64,000 nucleotides of DNA from an uncultured Candidatus Bathyarchaeia archaeon (lineage in GTDB: Archaea; Thermoproteota; Bathyarchaeia; 40CM-2-53-6): the NCBI GenBank assembly GCA_964559555.1, contig CAZLHM010000001.1, positions 49,230-113,229 on the forward strand, in the 5' to 3' direction. A model generated the notes under the pieces. It was given only the letters and a program-made list of their open reading frames with translations. It searched no databases and was not told the origin of the DNA. The translations under genes were made by a program, and so were the position numbers. Below are positions 9,343-19,375 of the stretch, in pieces. Positions within the stretch are counted from its first letter, which is position 1. The number at the start of each line of letters is the position of its first letter.

Positions 9343-10353
9343 TTGACGACGTTCAGTGTTGCCTTCCAAGGGAACAAGCCGATCGCCGATTATGTTAGAT
9401 ACGCCAAGATCATGGAACAACTCGACTTTGACGCATTCCTTGTCTACGACGATGTCATGTACAGACCGTGTTGGCCGATACTCTTCTCGGTAGCTCCGCA
9501 CACGGCTAAACTCCAACTTGGACCTTCGGTTACGCATCCGTACTACACGCACCCGGTCTTCATAGCAGGAAACATAGCATGTCTTGATGAGATCCTGGGC
9601 GGTCGAGCTGTCCTTGGAATAGGTAGAGGTTCCTATTATGAGGAACTCGGAGTCGAGACGACCAAGCCTATTACAGGGGTCAAGGAAGCGATCGAGATCG
9701 TAACTAGATTCATGCGTTCTGACAAGAACCAATATGAGGGCAGAGTGTTCCGAGTCTCCGAAGGAATCGCTTTCAAATACAAACCCATCAGAGCGAAAAT
9801 ACCGATATTCGTAGGGACATGGGGACCGAAGCTCGCCGAGATTGCAGGACAAATGAATGCAATCTCTGAGGTTAGAGTGGATCTGACATGGAATTCCTCC
9901 TATCTCCCAACGATCAGAAAGAGCATTGACCGCGGTGCAGCAGCGGCGGGAAGAGATCCGAACGAAATCGGATTATGCGTTGGACCTCAGACATCCGTGT
10001 CAGCTGACCGCGACCTAGCAAGGAACGCGGTGAGAAGAAGCTTGCCAGACTACCTTTCCTATCCACCCTACAGAGTAATGCTCGAGAAAAGTGGTGTTGA
10101 CCTAGCCGAAGTCGATGCAGTTACGCATGCTGTCTCTGAGAACGACTATCGCACTGCGGAGAATCTCATATCAGATCTCTCGATAGACAAACTCACAGCT
10201 TCGGGAACACCAGATGACATTGTCCAAGGGGCCGAACGCATGATCAAGAGCGGTGTATCCCACATAAGCTTCTGCCATCCACACGGACCTGACGTCGAGG
10301 AAGCCATTCGTCTGATCGGCACTAAGGTCATTCCATACCTAAAGGGACTGTAG
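9343..10353 (+). CDS. LLM-class (luciferase-like) flavin/F420-dependent oxidoreductase
   Basis: TIM-barrel LLM pattern (FDAFLVYDD, VLGIGRGS, IFVGTWGPKL). Apparent TTG start. Confidence 0.8.
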   Translation: MTTFSVAFQGNKPIADYVRYAKIMEQLDFDAFLVYDDVMYRPCWPILFSVAPHTAKLQLGPSVTHPYYTHPVFIAGNIACLDEILGGRAVLGIGRGSYYEELGVETTKPITGVKEAIEIVTRFMRSDKNQYEGRVFRVSEGIAFKYKPIRAKIPIFVGTWGPKLAEIAGQMNAISEVRVDLTWNSSYLPTIRKSIDRGAAAAGRDPNEIGLCVGPQTSVSADRDLARNAVRRSLPDYLSYPPYRVMLEKSGVDLAEVDAVTHAVSENDYRTAENLISDLSIDKLTASGTPDDIVQGAERMIKSGVSHISFCHPHGPDVEEAIRLIGTKVIPYLKGL

Positions 10354-10370
10354 GACGACCTCCTTGGCTG

Positions 10371-11486
10371 ATGGTGAGCCACTTGAATCGTGTCGAGAGA
10401 ATCGCTAGGGAAAACATAAAGAAGATTCACGAGTGGATGGAGAATGACAAGATTGATCTAGTATTTCTTTGTGATCCACCGAACATCAGGTACGCAATAG
10501 GCATAGGTCCATATATGACGCGGACTATGTTTGAGTCTGCGTTTAGCGAATATGTGCTGTTTAGCAAGGATGATGAGCTACCTGCTATCCTAGTCAATTT
10601 CTACCAAGCCTTCTATCGCGAGAGAGTCAGATGGGTATCCCATATCGGCTCTATGGACGAACTCGAATCCTACCTGAGAGGACTCAGCCGCGTCAAACGG
10701 GTCGTCACCTCAACGGAGACTCCGAACTACATCATTGAGAGAATGAAGGGCGTCCTAAGTGACGCGACGATTACTGCTGATGCCTCCGACCTTGAAAAGA
10801 TCCGCTCTATAAAGTCAGATCATGAAATTGCCAACATCAGCGATGCTGCGGAAATAGCAATGGCAATGATGCAGAAAGCTCGAGCGGCATGTAGGGAGGG
10901 CGCAAGAGAATGCGATGTTGCAGCAGAGGCTGAACATGAAATGCGCAAGCTAGGAGCTGACACCTTCGCATTCTCCACGATTGTGAGTTCCGGATTCAAT
11001 CTAGGGGTGATGCAAGAGATCGCCACCGAGAAGCGAATTCAGTCCGGGGAGACCGTGATGGTAGACCTAGGTGCCACTAGGAACTCGTATAATGCAGAAT
11101 TCACTCGAACGTTCGCGATTGGGTCGATTTCGAATGAACTACGTACATTCTATCGTGTAGTTCACGAGGCTTTGCTCTGCTCCATCGACAAAATACAACC
11201 AGGCCAAACATGCCACATTGTCGACAAGACAGCGCGAGACATAGTGAAGAGATCGGGTCACGACTATGCCCATTTCACTGGTCACGGCATCGGGACCTCG
11301 GTTTGGGAGTATCCCACGGTCGCTACCAATTCCGTCGCAACCCTCGAGCCTAACATGGTAATTGCATTGGAGCCCGCCATCTACAAACCCGGTGTGGGAG
11401 GAGTTCGCCTTGAGCACAACTTGGTTGTCACGAAGAATCATCCCAAAATTCTTACTCCTTTTCCCTTCGAGGAGGAACTGCTCTAG
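10371..11486 (+). CDS. M24 family peptidase (Xaa-Pro dipeptidase-like)
   Basis: HFTGHGIGTSVWEYP, NMVIALEPAIYKPGVGGVRLEHNLVVT. A second M24 paralog in the window. Confidence 0.8.
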   Translation: MVSHLNRVERIARENIKKIHEWMENDKIDLVFLCDPPNIRYAIGIGPYMTRTMFESAFSEYVLFSKDDELPAILVNFYQAFYRERVRWVSHIGSMDELESYLRGLSRVKRVVTSTETPNYIIERMKGVLSDATITADASDLEKIRSIKSDHEIANISDAAEIAMAMMQKARAACREGARECDVAAEAEHEMRKLGADTFAFSTIVSSGFNLGVMQEIATEKRIQSGETVMVDLGATRNSYNAEFTRTFAIGSISNELRTFYRVVHEALLCSIDKIQPGQTCHIVDKTARDIVKRSGHDYAHFTGHGIGTSVWEYPTVATNSVATLEPNMVIALEPAIYKPGVGGVRLEHNLVVTKNHPKILTPFPFEEELL

Positions 11487-11510
11487 TAGAACAGATCACT
11501 CGTTTAATCA

Positions 11511-12477
11511 TGTGCACGAGGTGTCTAGATTCGTGGAGAATAATACGATCACTCGTCTCGCTGGCCTTCTCGTAGGACATGCTGAATCCAAGAAGGCATT
11601 GACTGGATGCACTGTTGTAATTTGTCCGGAGGGAGCTATCGTTGGATGTGACATCCGAGGGGGATATCCTGGGACCTTTGACACTCAATCAATCGAAGCG
11701 ACTCGCTCCTATGTCAGGAAGCAAGCAGTCTTCTTGGTGGGAGGTGACGTGTTCGGACTCGTCGCGGCTGATGGAATCCAGAGATGGCTGATCGAAAAGA
11801 AAATCGCTGATGCCAAGAGCCCTTCGAAGCTTCCAGGAGTAGTCGGAGCGAACATCTACGACTTGGACTTTTCCAAGCCGACGAAGGTATCCTACTCCAA
11901 GCTAGGCTACCTTGCTTGTGTCAATGCGTCAAATAGAACCGTCAAAGAAGGTCGGGTCGGAGCAGGAATTAGCGCGACCGTCGGTAAGTTTCTGGGCATA
12001 CAATACTCCTCAAGAGGAGGAATTGGCAGCAGTGCAATCAGTCTTGGAAACGGCCTACAGGTTGGCTCGCTTATTGTGACCAATGCCGAAGGAAACATCA
12101 TCGATCCCAAGACTGGGATTACACTCGCGGGAGCCAGATGGCCCGGCCACGACTTCGTCGAACTTGTCGATGTCTCTGAAGAATACCTCCGTAGCGACCG
12201 TGACGGCGGCTCCACAACAGTCGGCATCGTGGCAACCAATGCGCGATTGAGTCACGAACATACAATAAAAGTCGCTCAGATGGCTTCAGCCGGATTGGCT
12301 CGAACCATCAATCCCGTCCACACTTGCGGTGACGGGGACACCATATTCGGTCTCTCAATGGGAACTTGGATGAGAATCCCTGACTCTAGGAACTTGGTCA
12401 GTTTGATAGGAAGCTTGGCGGCTGAGCAAGTTGCCAAGTCCGTGACAAGGTCTGTCAAGATGTCAAATACTGACTGA
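11511..12477 (+). CDS. DmpA/OAT (peptidase S58 / P1) family aminopeptidase-like protein
   Basis: A Gly/Ser-rich autoproteolytic-family pattern (GVGAGISATVGKF, GSTTVGIVATNARLS). The start is ambiguous: the upstream in-frame part overlaps the preceding gene, so a GTG near 11511 was chosen. Confidence 0.6.
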
Positions 12478-12669
12478 GGAAGCCACGGCGAGCCCGCGCC
12501 ACTGATCTAGTCGATCGTAGCTTATCCAATCAGTCGGAGAGCAGCTAACGTATTCTGAATCCTTCTTCCTTTCAAACTCGATTCCCTCTTTTAGCTGCTG
12601 ACATGAGGGTTAGAGGACCTCCACCGCATATTTCTCGACCACGATTCCCACTTAGTCGGGCATGTCCAT

Positions 12670-13164
12670 TCAAGGATGCGGCTTTCTCGGATGAGAAACC
12701 TCCTCTTTGGACGCGTAGCGTCCCCATGGAAGACCCTTGCCTGCCAAGTCGCCAAAGAATATGTCAGCAGCACTGATCTCCAATGGTACCCTCTGGAGTT
12801 TCCAAACTACTTGGCCGTGAGCTTTAGGCGAGTCACCGATCGCCGGGGCTTCACACGCAACGTGGGCCACATCGGATGTTCCGCCAAGGCCAAGCTCATC
12901 TGCTCCAACTCCGAACCTGCCCATCGCGACCAATATCGGATGGAGCTGACACAAAGAGTATGTGCAGAGAAGTCCGCTCTTGATTGAACTGACTCCGATG
13001 GTCCGTCCGTATTGAATTCCTGTTTCAGTGATCTTTATCGAGTCGTCGTACTCGAAGCGGTCACCCTTCGTCCAGAACGGACAGGCTCCTCGAAGCTCAA
13101 CAACCTCGCCCAGTATCTTGTATTTCTTTCTACTTGCTGCCTTATCCTGCAGATCTTGTGTCAT
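12670..13164 (-). CDS. TIGR04076-like Cys-motif protein, divergent paralog 1
   Basis: Shares GACPFWTKGDRFEYDD, VACEAP and VVWKLQRV with the canonical TIGR04076 member at 13675-13980. Confidence 0.4.
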   Translation of the reverse strand: MTQDLQDKAASRKKYKILGEVVELRGACPFWTKGDRFEYDDSIKITETGIQYGRTIGVSSIKSGLLCTYSLCQLHPILVAMGRFGVGADELGLGGTSDVAHVACEAPAIGDSPKAHGQVVWKLQRVPLEISAADIFFGDLAGKGLPWGRYASKEEVSHPRKPHP

Positions 13165-13625
13165 TTTGCGATCCCCGCGACAGGTACCCTCGATCCTCTA
13201 AATATCACGCGGCCATGTTTCGTGTAGGGCGGACCCGGCGCCGGGCAAGCAAGCCATGCGTCGCCATCCTCGATCATTCGATCAGCCGCAACGTCACTCC
13301 CTCTGAACCAAGCGTACCTTGTTGAGAACGAGCTGACGGCAAGTTTGCAGACGAAGTTGCTCTCTTCTTCATTTATGAGATCGTCATCAAACACTATCCT
13401 GTCGCCTTCACGGTAGATAGGGCATCCACCGGATATCTTCCACACCTCGAAGGTCGTTCTATACACGGGCCTAGTCTCCTTCTTGCCAACTTTCGTTGGC
13501 AGAGGATCATCCACGTGCGAGCTTGCTTTGCTGCAATCAAAAGATATCGGATGTTCTGTTCGCCGTACGCGTTCAGTATTGATGTCAGAGTTTGTTTCAC
13601 TCAATGCAACACAACCCCCAAACAA
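13161..13625 (-). CDS. TIGR04076-like Cys-motif protein, divergent paralog 2
   Basis: GGCPIYREGDRIVFDDD, AWLACPAPGPPY and VIFRGSRV, the same motif order as its neighbours. 4-nt overlap with paralog 1. Confidence 0.4.
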   Translation of the reverse strand: MFGGCVALSETNSDINTERVRRTEHPISFDCSKASSHVDDPLPTKVGKKETRPVYRTTFEVWKISGGCPIYREGDRIVFDDDLINEEESNFVCKLAVSSFSTRYAWFRGSDVAADRMIEDGDAWLACPAPGPPYTKHGRVIFRGSRVPVAGIAK

Positions 13626-13674
13626 TTCTTGATGCGGCCATAGAATTGCGTCTGTTTCAATGAGCCAGTGTGTG

Positions 13675-13980
13675 TCATGCCACGCGTTCCAGTTTGAATA
13701 TTACTGGGCTCAATCCATCCGTACAGCAGCATATCATCGTTCCTTCCTGCTTGATCCATGGATACTCTCCTCCTAATCCGATTACTGTCACGTCCCTCTG
13801 GATGTCGGCCCATGCCCAAGAACAGAACCCCTGAGGCATGTTCAAATCCTGCACATTGAACTCTTGACCCTCTTTGAACATCGGACACTCCGCCGGAACG
13901 CCCTTTCCGTATTCCTCCAAGATCCCCCCGCTCTTCATTCTCTTCAAGACGGTTATCCTGACATCGGTAGGCTTGTCCAA
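13675..13980 (-). CDS. TIGR04076 family small protein
   Basis: 101 aa with ECPMFKEGQEFNV...GFCSWAWADIQRDV...PWIKQEG...CCCTDGLSPVIFKLERV, matching the remembered TIGR04076 consensus. Confidence 0.55.
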   Translation of the reverse strand: MDKPTDVRITVLKRMKSGGILEEYGKGVPAECPMFKEGQEFNVQDLNMPQGFCSWAWADIQRDVTVIGLGGEYPWIKQEGTMICCCTDGLSPVIFKLERVA

Positions 13981-14084
13981 TTTGCAACAACCCGCCCGCG
14001 CAACTGGTCAGTTGCCATATAAGAGTTCTTTCGTTTGATCCCGTGCCAATTTGCGCGCCAAATCAGCGTAAGCCCGATAGCGAG

Positions 14085-14579
14085 CTAATCTTCAAGCTCG
14101 TAGATGTATTCGCAGTAGGGATCTCCTCTTGCCAGGCTGCGCGGAACCGTCAACTTGAGTCTGGGATTAACGAATTTCGCAGTCGCGACATCCAATTCAT
14201 GCTCAGAGCGATCACACACTTTCGCAGATATGCTGAGAGGTCTGAGCGTATCGTTGATCGGACAGCGGAAAATCCGAACGACCGCTCTCTTACTCGTAGC
14301 TCCCTCTTCCATGTCCGCTCGAAATCCGTAGTAGCGTATATTGCCCAAGTATGCCTCCGCGAACGATTTGGCGTCGCCGGCACCGGCTTGCCCGGAGTAC
14401 TCGGCGTTCGCTTCTCCCCACAGTCTCCCCGTCTCGCGAAACCCTTTAACGAGAAGTTCATTGCCCTTCTCTTCTCCAAATTCACGTGTGACTGCAAAAT
14501 ACATCCCAGCGATCAGCAGACTGAAGAGTCTGTAGTAGTTCTCTAGGGCCTCCTCAACCTTTTTCGGTAGTTCAGCCAT
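14085..14579 (-). CDS. Hypothetical protein, possibly ATC-hydrolase-like (PF14196-like)
   Basis: 164 aa. The conserved Cys pattern (FRCPIND...CDRSE...GDPYCEY) is reminiscent of L-2-amino-thiazoline-4-carboxylate hydrolase family proteins. Weak. Confidence 0.3.
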   Translation of the reverse strand: MAELPKKVEEALENYYRLFSLLIAGMYFAVTREFGEEKGNELLVKGFRETGRLWGEANAEYSGQAGAGDAKSFAEAYLGNIRYYGFRADMEEGATSKRAVVRIFRCPINDTLRPLSISAKVCDRSEHELDVATAKFVNPRLKLTVPRSLARGDPYCEYIYELED

Positions 14580-14640
14580 TCTCTTTCATTCCCTCGGCAT
14601 TTGAAGCAATATCCTGCTTTCCGCATATTTCAAAAGTGAC

Positions 14641-15621
14641 CTAGTTCGGCCTAGAGTCAGACGTGCTCTCCCCAGGGATGGTGTAGATGCGTCTGAGTTC
14701 TGGTATGACTTCTCTAGCGAAAATCCTCAGCGGCTCAAGCACTGCACCGTCTAGGAACCAGACTTGGAAGCCGGAGACTCCAATTTTGACGTAAGAGCCC
14801 ATCAGATCTATCCAATCCTTTGGCGAACCTTCAAACATGGGCTCTTGTATTATGTCTCTGGCTTTGTAATACTGAAGTCGTCGTCTTGCTTGTTCGCGAT
14901 CTTCCTCGATAACGCCAGAGATGTGCCACGACTTGACCAGAATGGCGGGATCACGATTCGCATTCTTGCAGAGTTTGTTCAGGGTGGCAATCCTCTTCGC
15001 GTACTCCTGCGGGCTTCCCCAATAGTTGTAACCGTCGGCCAGATCAACAGCCATCTTCAGGAATCTGTCGCCACTTCCCGCGATGATTATTGGAGGGCCG
15101 GGTTTCTGTACCGGTTTGGGGTTGCACTTGGCTTTGTGGACGGAGTAGTACCGGCCAGTGTATGATGCCTCCTCATGTGTCCACATTTCTCTGAGTATAC
15201 TGACGTATTCCCGAAGTTGGTCGATTCTCACCCTAGGGGTTGGAAACGAGAACCCGTACGAAGTGACCTCACGCTCATGGTATTGTAAGCTGGTGCCCGC
15301 CCCTAATCCTAGAACCAACCGACCTTCTGTCAGATTATCCAGCGTGGCAGCCATTTTTGCCAGCAACGAAGGTTGCCGAAAGGAATAGCATGCTACCAAC
15401 GTTCCAAGTCGGATCCTTCTAACCTCGCGGGCGAGGCATGAAAGCGTAGTCCAGCATTCCAAGAATGGCTGCTCGGACCAGAAGAGATGATCATATAGCC
15501 AAATTGAGTCGAAACCGATTCTGTCCGCTTCAACAGCCACTGCTCTTATCTCGTCATAGGTGAGGCCCTGTTGAGCAATGAGTACTCCGAAGTCGAGTGG
15601 CAACCAGATCCACGCAGGCAT
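14641..15621 (-). CDS. LLM-class F420/flavin-dependent oxidoreductase
   Basis: 326 aa with luciferase-like monooxygenase TIM-barrel motifs (FDSIWLYDH, LVLGLGAG, PIIIAGSG). Confidence 0.8.
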   Translation of the reverse strand: MPAWIWLPLDFGVLIAQQGLTYDEIRAVAVEADRIGFDSIWLYDHLFWSEQPFLECWTTLSCLAREVRRIRLGTLVACYSFRQPSLLAKMAATLDNLTEGRLVLGLGAGTSLQYHEREVTSYGFSFPTPRVRIDQLREYVSILREMWTHEEASYTGRYYSVHKAKCNPKPVQKPGPPIIIAGSGDRFLKMAVDLADGYNYWGSPQEYAKRIATLNKLCKNANRDPAILVKSWHISGVIEEDREQARRRLQYYKARDIIQEPMFEGSPKDWIDLMGSYVKIGVSGFQVWFLDGAVLEPLRIFAREVIPELRRIYTIPGESTSDSRPN

Positions 15622-15623
15622 GA

Positions 15624-17405
15624 TTACAAGGTTGTGTTCCTGAATGCCTCATTTATGCCGCGGACCATTTCTTGAACATCAAGGTAAGTCGGGAAGCCTT
15701 CGTAAGCGTTGCAGAGGGCTACAATCTGTGGAGGCTCTATGAACGATTGGCTCAGTATCTCGGGATGTGCAAAAGCCGAACGCGTCGGAGAGTCAAGCAA
15801 CACCTTTCCCTGCATCAACACGACTATGCGCTCGGCGAGACTGGCCACCAGTCTCATGTCATGAGTTACCAGAACTATGGTCCTCCCTTCTCCGTGAATC
15901 CGTCTTATCGCCTCTGTGATTCTTATCGTGTTTGTGAAGTCTTGGCCCGTCGTAGGTTCGTCTAGGATCAGGATGCCGGGCCTCATGGCAAGTATGGATG
16001 ATACAGCAACTAACTTGCGTTCGCCTTTGCCCAAGGAGAAGGGATGTGCCGAGCGGAACTTTTCAAGGCCCATGAATCTCAGTGTCTCGTCTACCCTCTC
16101 CTTTACTTCATTCTCGGCAAGGCCTGAGTTCCTTGGTCCGTATGCAATCTCCTCTTCCACACTTTCACAGAAAATCTGATGATCTGGGTTCTGGAACGCA
16201 TAACCAACCGTTCTTGACAGTTGCGCGATCGACAGAGTCGAAGTGTCGACGCCATTCACCTTCACGGAGCCATCGCTCGGCTTCAAGAGGCCGTTGAAGT
16301 GCTTCACGAGAGTCGTCTTTCCGGAGCCATTTTGACCTATCACGGCGAGAATCTCACCGTCAAGAATATCCAGCGTGACACCTCTCAGTGCCTTGGCTCC
16401 ATTCGGATATGAGTAGCAGAGATCACGAACCTCGACAACCGATGAAGGTCGACGCCCACGGTCCTCCTCGAAAGGAATCTGCAAACGCGCTATATCCTTG
16501 CGATTCAGAATCTGCTTCAGCTGAGCGATAGACTCTTCAAGCGTAACCGGGATATCCGCGCGCCAGACACCAGACTCGCTCAGCGAGTAACCCATTTCCG
16601 AGACTTGGGGGCATCGCACTCGTCTCGTCCCTTGTTTCAAGGTTCCTGAGAAAAAGGCGCGCGGGGTTTCATCTCTTACGATTTGACCGTCTTCTATCAT
16701 CAGTACTCTATCTGCGTACTTGGCTATCTGCTCCGCCTCGTGTTCCACAAGGATTGTCGTAATCGCGTGCCGTTCTCTTAGCCTTTCGACAACTGAGAAG
16801 ATCTCTTCCTTGCCGACAGGGTCCAGTTCAGATGTAGGCTCGTCCATAACTAGCACTTCTGGACGAAGGGCAAGGGCCGCCGCGATGGCGACACGCTGCT
16901 TCTGGCCCCCGGAAAGCTCTGATGGAGAGCGGAACCGATATTCTTCCATTCGAACGACATTCAAGGCGTAGTCTATGCGCTCTGCAATCTCGGGGCGTGG
17001 TACTCCAAGGTTCTCCGGGCCGAAGGCGATCTCTTCTTCAACCGTCAGCCCAAAAAGCTGGGATTCCAAGTCTTGGAAGGTCATTCCCACTCTCTTGGCT
17101 AGATCCGAAATAGGCACAGTCTTTGTGTCGATGCCATCAATGGCAACGTTGCCTTTGAAGACACCCATGAGACTGTGTGGAATAACCCCGTTGAGTGTCA
17201 GACAGAGTGTGGATTTCCCGGCTCCAGTCGGTCCCATGATGGCTACGAACTCGCCCTCGTCAATCTCAACACTGATTCCCCGCAGAGTCCAGTCCTCTGC
17301 GCCCCGATACCGGAACCACAAGTCTTCGACGACGACTTTTGGCACGATTTCACCCTGCGATGCTTCCTGTCCCCGATAATCCAAATGCACCAGCGAGCAA
17401 CCCAT
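15624..17405 (-). CDS. ecfA: ECF transporter energy-coupling ATPase, fused tandem EcfA1-EcfA2
   Basis: 593 aa with two complete ABC cassettes (Walker A GPTGAGKST and GQNGSGKTT, two LSGGQ-type signatures). Confidence 0.85.
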   Translation of the reverse strand: MGCSLVHLDYRGQEASQGEIVPKVVVEDLWFRYRGAEDWTLRGISVEIDEGEFVAIMGPTGAGKSTLCLTLNGVIPHSLMGVFKGNVAIDGIDTKTVPISDLAKRVGMTFQDLESQLFGLTVEEEIAFGPENLGVPRPEIAERIDYALNVVRMEEYRFRSPSELSGGQKQRVAIAAALALRPEVLVMDEPTSELDPVGKEEIFSVVERLRERHAITTILVEHEAEQIAKYADRVLMIEDGQIVRDETPRAFFSGTLKQGTRRVRCPQVSEMGYSLSESGVWRADIPVTLEESIAQLKQILNRKDIARLQIPFEEDRGRRPSSVVEVRDLCYSYPNGAKALRGVTLDILDGEILAVIGQNGSGKTTLVKHFNGLLKPSDGSVKVNGVDTSTLSIAQLSRTVGYAFQNPDHQIFCESVEEEIAYGPRNSGLAENEVKERVDETLRFMGLEKFRSAHPFSLGKGERKLVAVSSILAMRPGILILDEPTTGQDFTNTIRITEAIRRIHGEGRTIVLVTHDMRLVASLAERIVVLMQGKVLLDSPTRSAFAHPEILSQSFIEPPQIVALCNAYEGFPTYLDVQEMVRGINEAFRNTTL

Positions 17406-18174
17406 ACGCCACTACTGCTAGGACCACTCCTACAGACACAACCATGATTAGGACATCGCGTTTTCGCAGGGGGGTTTCTCTGAAGAATGTCCTCTTCGAT
17501 GCTCTTAGGGTTGGTGAGAATGCTCTGGCTTCCAGTCCCGTGCTGATGACTTCGACTCGCCGAAAGGACACCACCAAGAGCGGTATCAGGATCGCCGCCA
17601 GTTTTCGCCCTCGTTCGAGCAACGATCCCTTGTCGAAATCGGTTCCTCTAGACATCTGAGCCTCACGTATAGTCGCCATGTCACTTGCCAAAGTTGGGAA
17701 GAATCTGATTGCCATCATGAAGATAAAGCAAATCACGTACGGGATCTTGAGCTTACGAAATCCCTCTATCAACTCGCTCTCAGACGTTATACCCATGAAC
17801 AGAATTGAACTCAGAATCAAAATCATGAGGCGGAATATGCTCGTTAACGTCGCATTCAGCGCACCCTCAGTGATCACTATCCAACCCAATGTGACAATAG
17901 GGACTCCGGCCTTCCTTCCAAAAACCAGCCAGTTCAGCGAGAAAACAATCGAAAGAACTACCGCGACCCTCACGTATGGTCTCAGAGTCGATGCAGGGAT
18001 TCTTGCAAGTGCCAGCATGCATACAGTCGCCAGCAGAATCAAAAAGTTCCACGCAGCGGATGACACCAGAATCGTTAGCGTCATCAGGCTGAAAGGAAGA
18101 ACAACTTTGGTCACAGAGCTAACGTTATGCAAGAATGTGTCTCGCTTTGCATATAGCGAATAAGAGTACACCAC
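17350..18174 (-). CDS. ecfT: ECF transporter transmembrane T component (EcfT/CbiQ family)
   Basis: Polytopic membrane protein with a CbiQ-like layout, overlapping the ATPase gene start by ~55 nt. Confidence 0.7.
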   Translation of the reverse strand: MVYSYSLYAKRDTFLHNVSSVTKVVLPFSLMTLTILVSSAAWNFLILLATVCMLALARIPASTLRPYVRVAVVLSIVFSLNWLVFGRKAGVPIVTLGWIVITEGALNATLTSIFRLMILILSSILFMGITSESELIEGFRKLKIPYVICFIFMMAIRFFPTLASDMATIREAQMSRGTDFDKGSLLERGRKLAAILIPLLVVSFRRVEVISTGLEARAFSPTLRASKRTFFRETPLRKRDVLIMVVSVGVVLAVVAYGLLAGAFGLSGTGSIAG

Positions 18175-18280
18175 TGGGTGACCCGGCGTCCGCTAGGAAA
18201 CCTGACCGTATTTAAGGTTCTCTCCAAGACTGTCTCGAAGCTTGGACAGCCTCCAAACTTTGGGCGAAGTATTGGACAAA

Positions 18281-18289
18281 TTTTAAATA
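18281..18289 (+). promoter_or_regulatory. Candidate archaeal TATA box (TTTTAAATA) with A-rich upstream BRE-like sequence
   Basis: ttttaaata seen at 18281-18289, about 75 nt upstream of the ATG at 18366 of the divergently transcribed membrane protein. Confidence 0.3.
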
Positions 18290-18365
18290 GAGAACCTTTG
18301 GCGTACGAAATGGTCGGGAGATCCTGTTGGTTTCCTCATCGGTTATCAAACCTAGAATTGGAGCG

Positions 18366-18935
18366 ATGCAGATCGCGATTGTCGCTATGTCAAGCGCCAT
18401 CTACACTGTCTTGGGCGTTTTCGCCGCGGGATTCACGATAGTGCCAGGCGTCACTATCTTCTATACTCCAGAAGCCTTCATAATGCCAGCTGCCATGTGG
18501 TTCGGCGTTTGGGGGGCACTAGGTGCGTTCTTTGGCACTATCCTCTTTTCACCTTTCTTCGGTTATGGATATCTAATTGGGCTTCTCTTCGCTTTCCCAG
18601 ACATGCTGAGCGCTCTGATCGCTGGAATAGCACTTCGGAAGCTGAACATCGATCTGGGTCTGAGGGACAAGAGGTCCTTCGGCCTATGGGTCCTTTTCGC
18701 AGGGACATTAGGGCCACTCGCAGAAGCGATTACGGGCCTCCCGGTGTACATCTGGAACGGTTGGTACACTGTCGAGTTTGCCTACACATACGGGTTGGCC
18801 GTTTGGTTCGTTGGAGACATCACAGCTGTTGTCATAATAGGAACCATCCTGATGCGTGTGCTTTCGAAGTACATCATGAAAACATCGCTGTATCACAAGG
18901 GATTCGTGTACAGAGAGACATTCACAGAGAAGTAA
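18366..18935 (+). CDS. Polytopic membrane protein, candidate ECF substrate-capture (S) component
   Basis: ~190 aa, highly hydrophobic with 5-6 predicted TM segments, divergently adjacent to ecfT-ecfA. The ORF track's TTG start at 18327 is an alternative. Confidence 0.45.
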   Translation: MQIAIVAMSSAIYTVLGVFAAGFTIVPGVTIFYTPEAFIMPAAMWFGVWGALGAFFGTILFSPFFGYGYLIGLLFAFPDMLSALIAGIALRKLNIDLGLRDKRSFGLWVLFAGTLGPLAEAITGLPVYIWNGWYTVEFAYTYGLAVWFVGDITAVVIIGTILMRVLSKYIMKTSLYHKGFVYRETFTEK

Positions 18936-19185
18936 CCGGGTCAACTGCCGATTCCTGTGCAGCCCACTCCCAGTGATCGCCCAGCAAGGGGTACCATGGA
19001 ATCTATCGAGGATTCCGTGGATCAAACCATGAGGCAAGCTATCGCCAGGGTAAGGGCATGGAAAAATGCAACACTACAGGGAGAACGGTTAATCACTGCA
19101 AGCACGCGACTGGTCGTGGAATAGGGACAGTACTCCGGGAGTATCCTCAAATCGCATTAGGTCCAGGGCACTAGTCGGTCCGAAC

Positions 19186-19260
19186 ATGCCTCTTGCGCTC
19201 GAGCCGGCCATCTATATGAAGAGACTAGGCGGCGTGAGACTGGAGCAGTCATTCTGGTGA
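19186..19260 (+). pseudogene. Relic C-terminal fragment of an M24 peptidase
   Basis: Encodes MPLALEPAIYMKRLGGVRLEQSFW, which matches NMVIALEPAIYKPGVGGVRLEHNLVV at the C-terminus of the M24 gene at 10371-11486. It is an isolated 24-codon stub in an intergenic region. Confidence 0.45.
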
Positions 19261-19375
19261 TGGACGGGAAGTCGGAGACCCTACCTCATTTTCCATTCCC
19301 AAGCGAAATACCGCGCTGAGGCTCTGCCGAATCCTCAAACTCCCGCCACATGACACCACCTGAGGTTGGAAGCAC

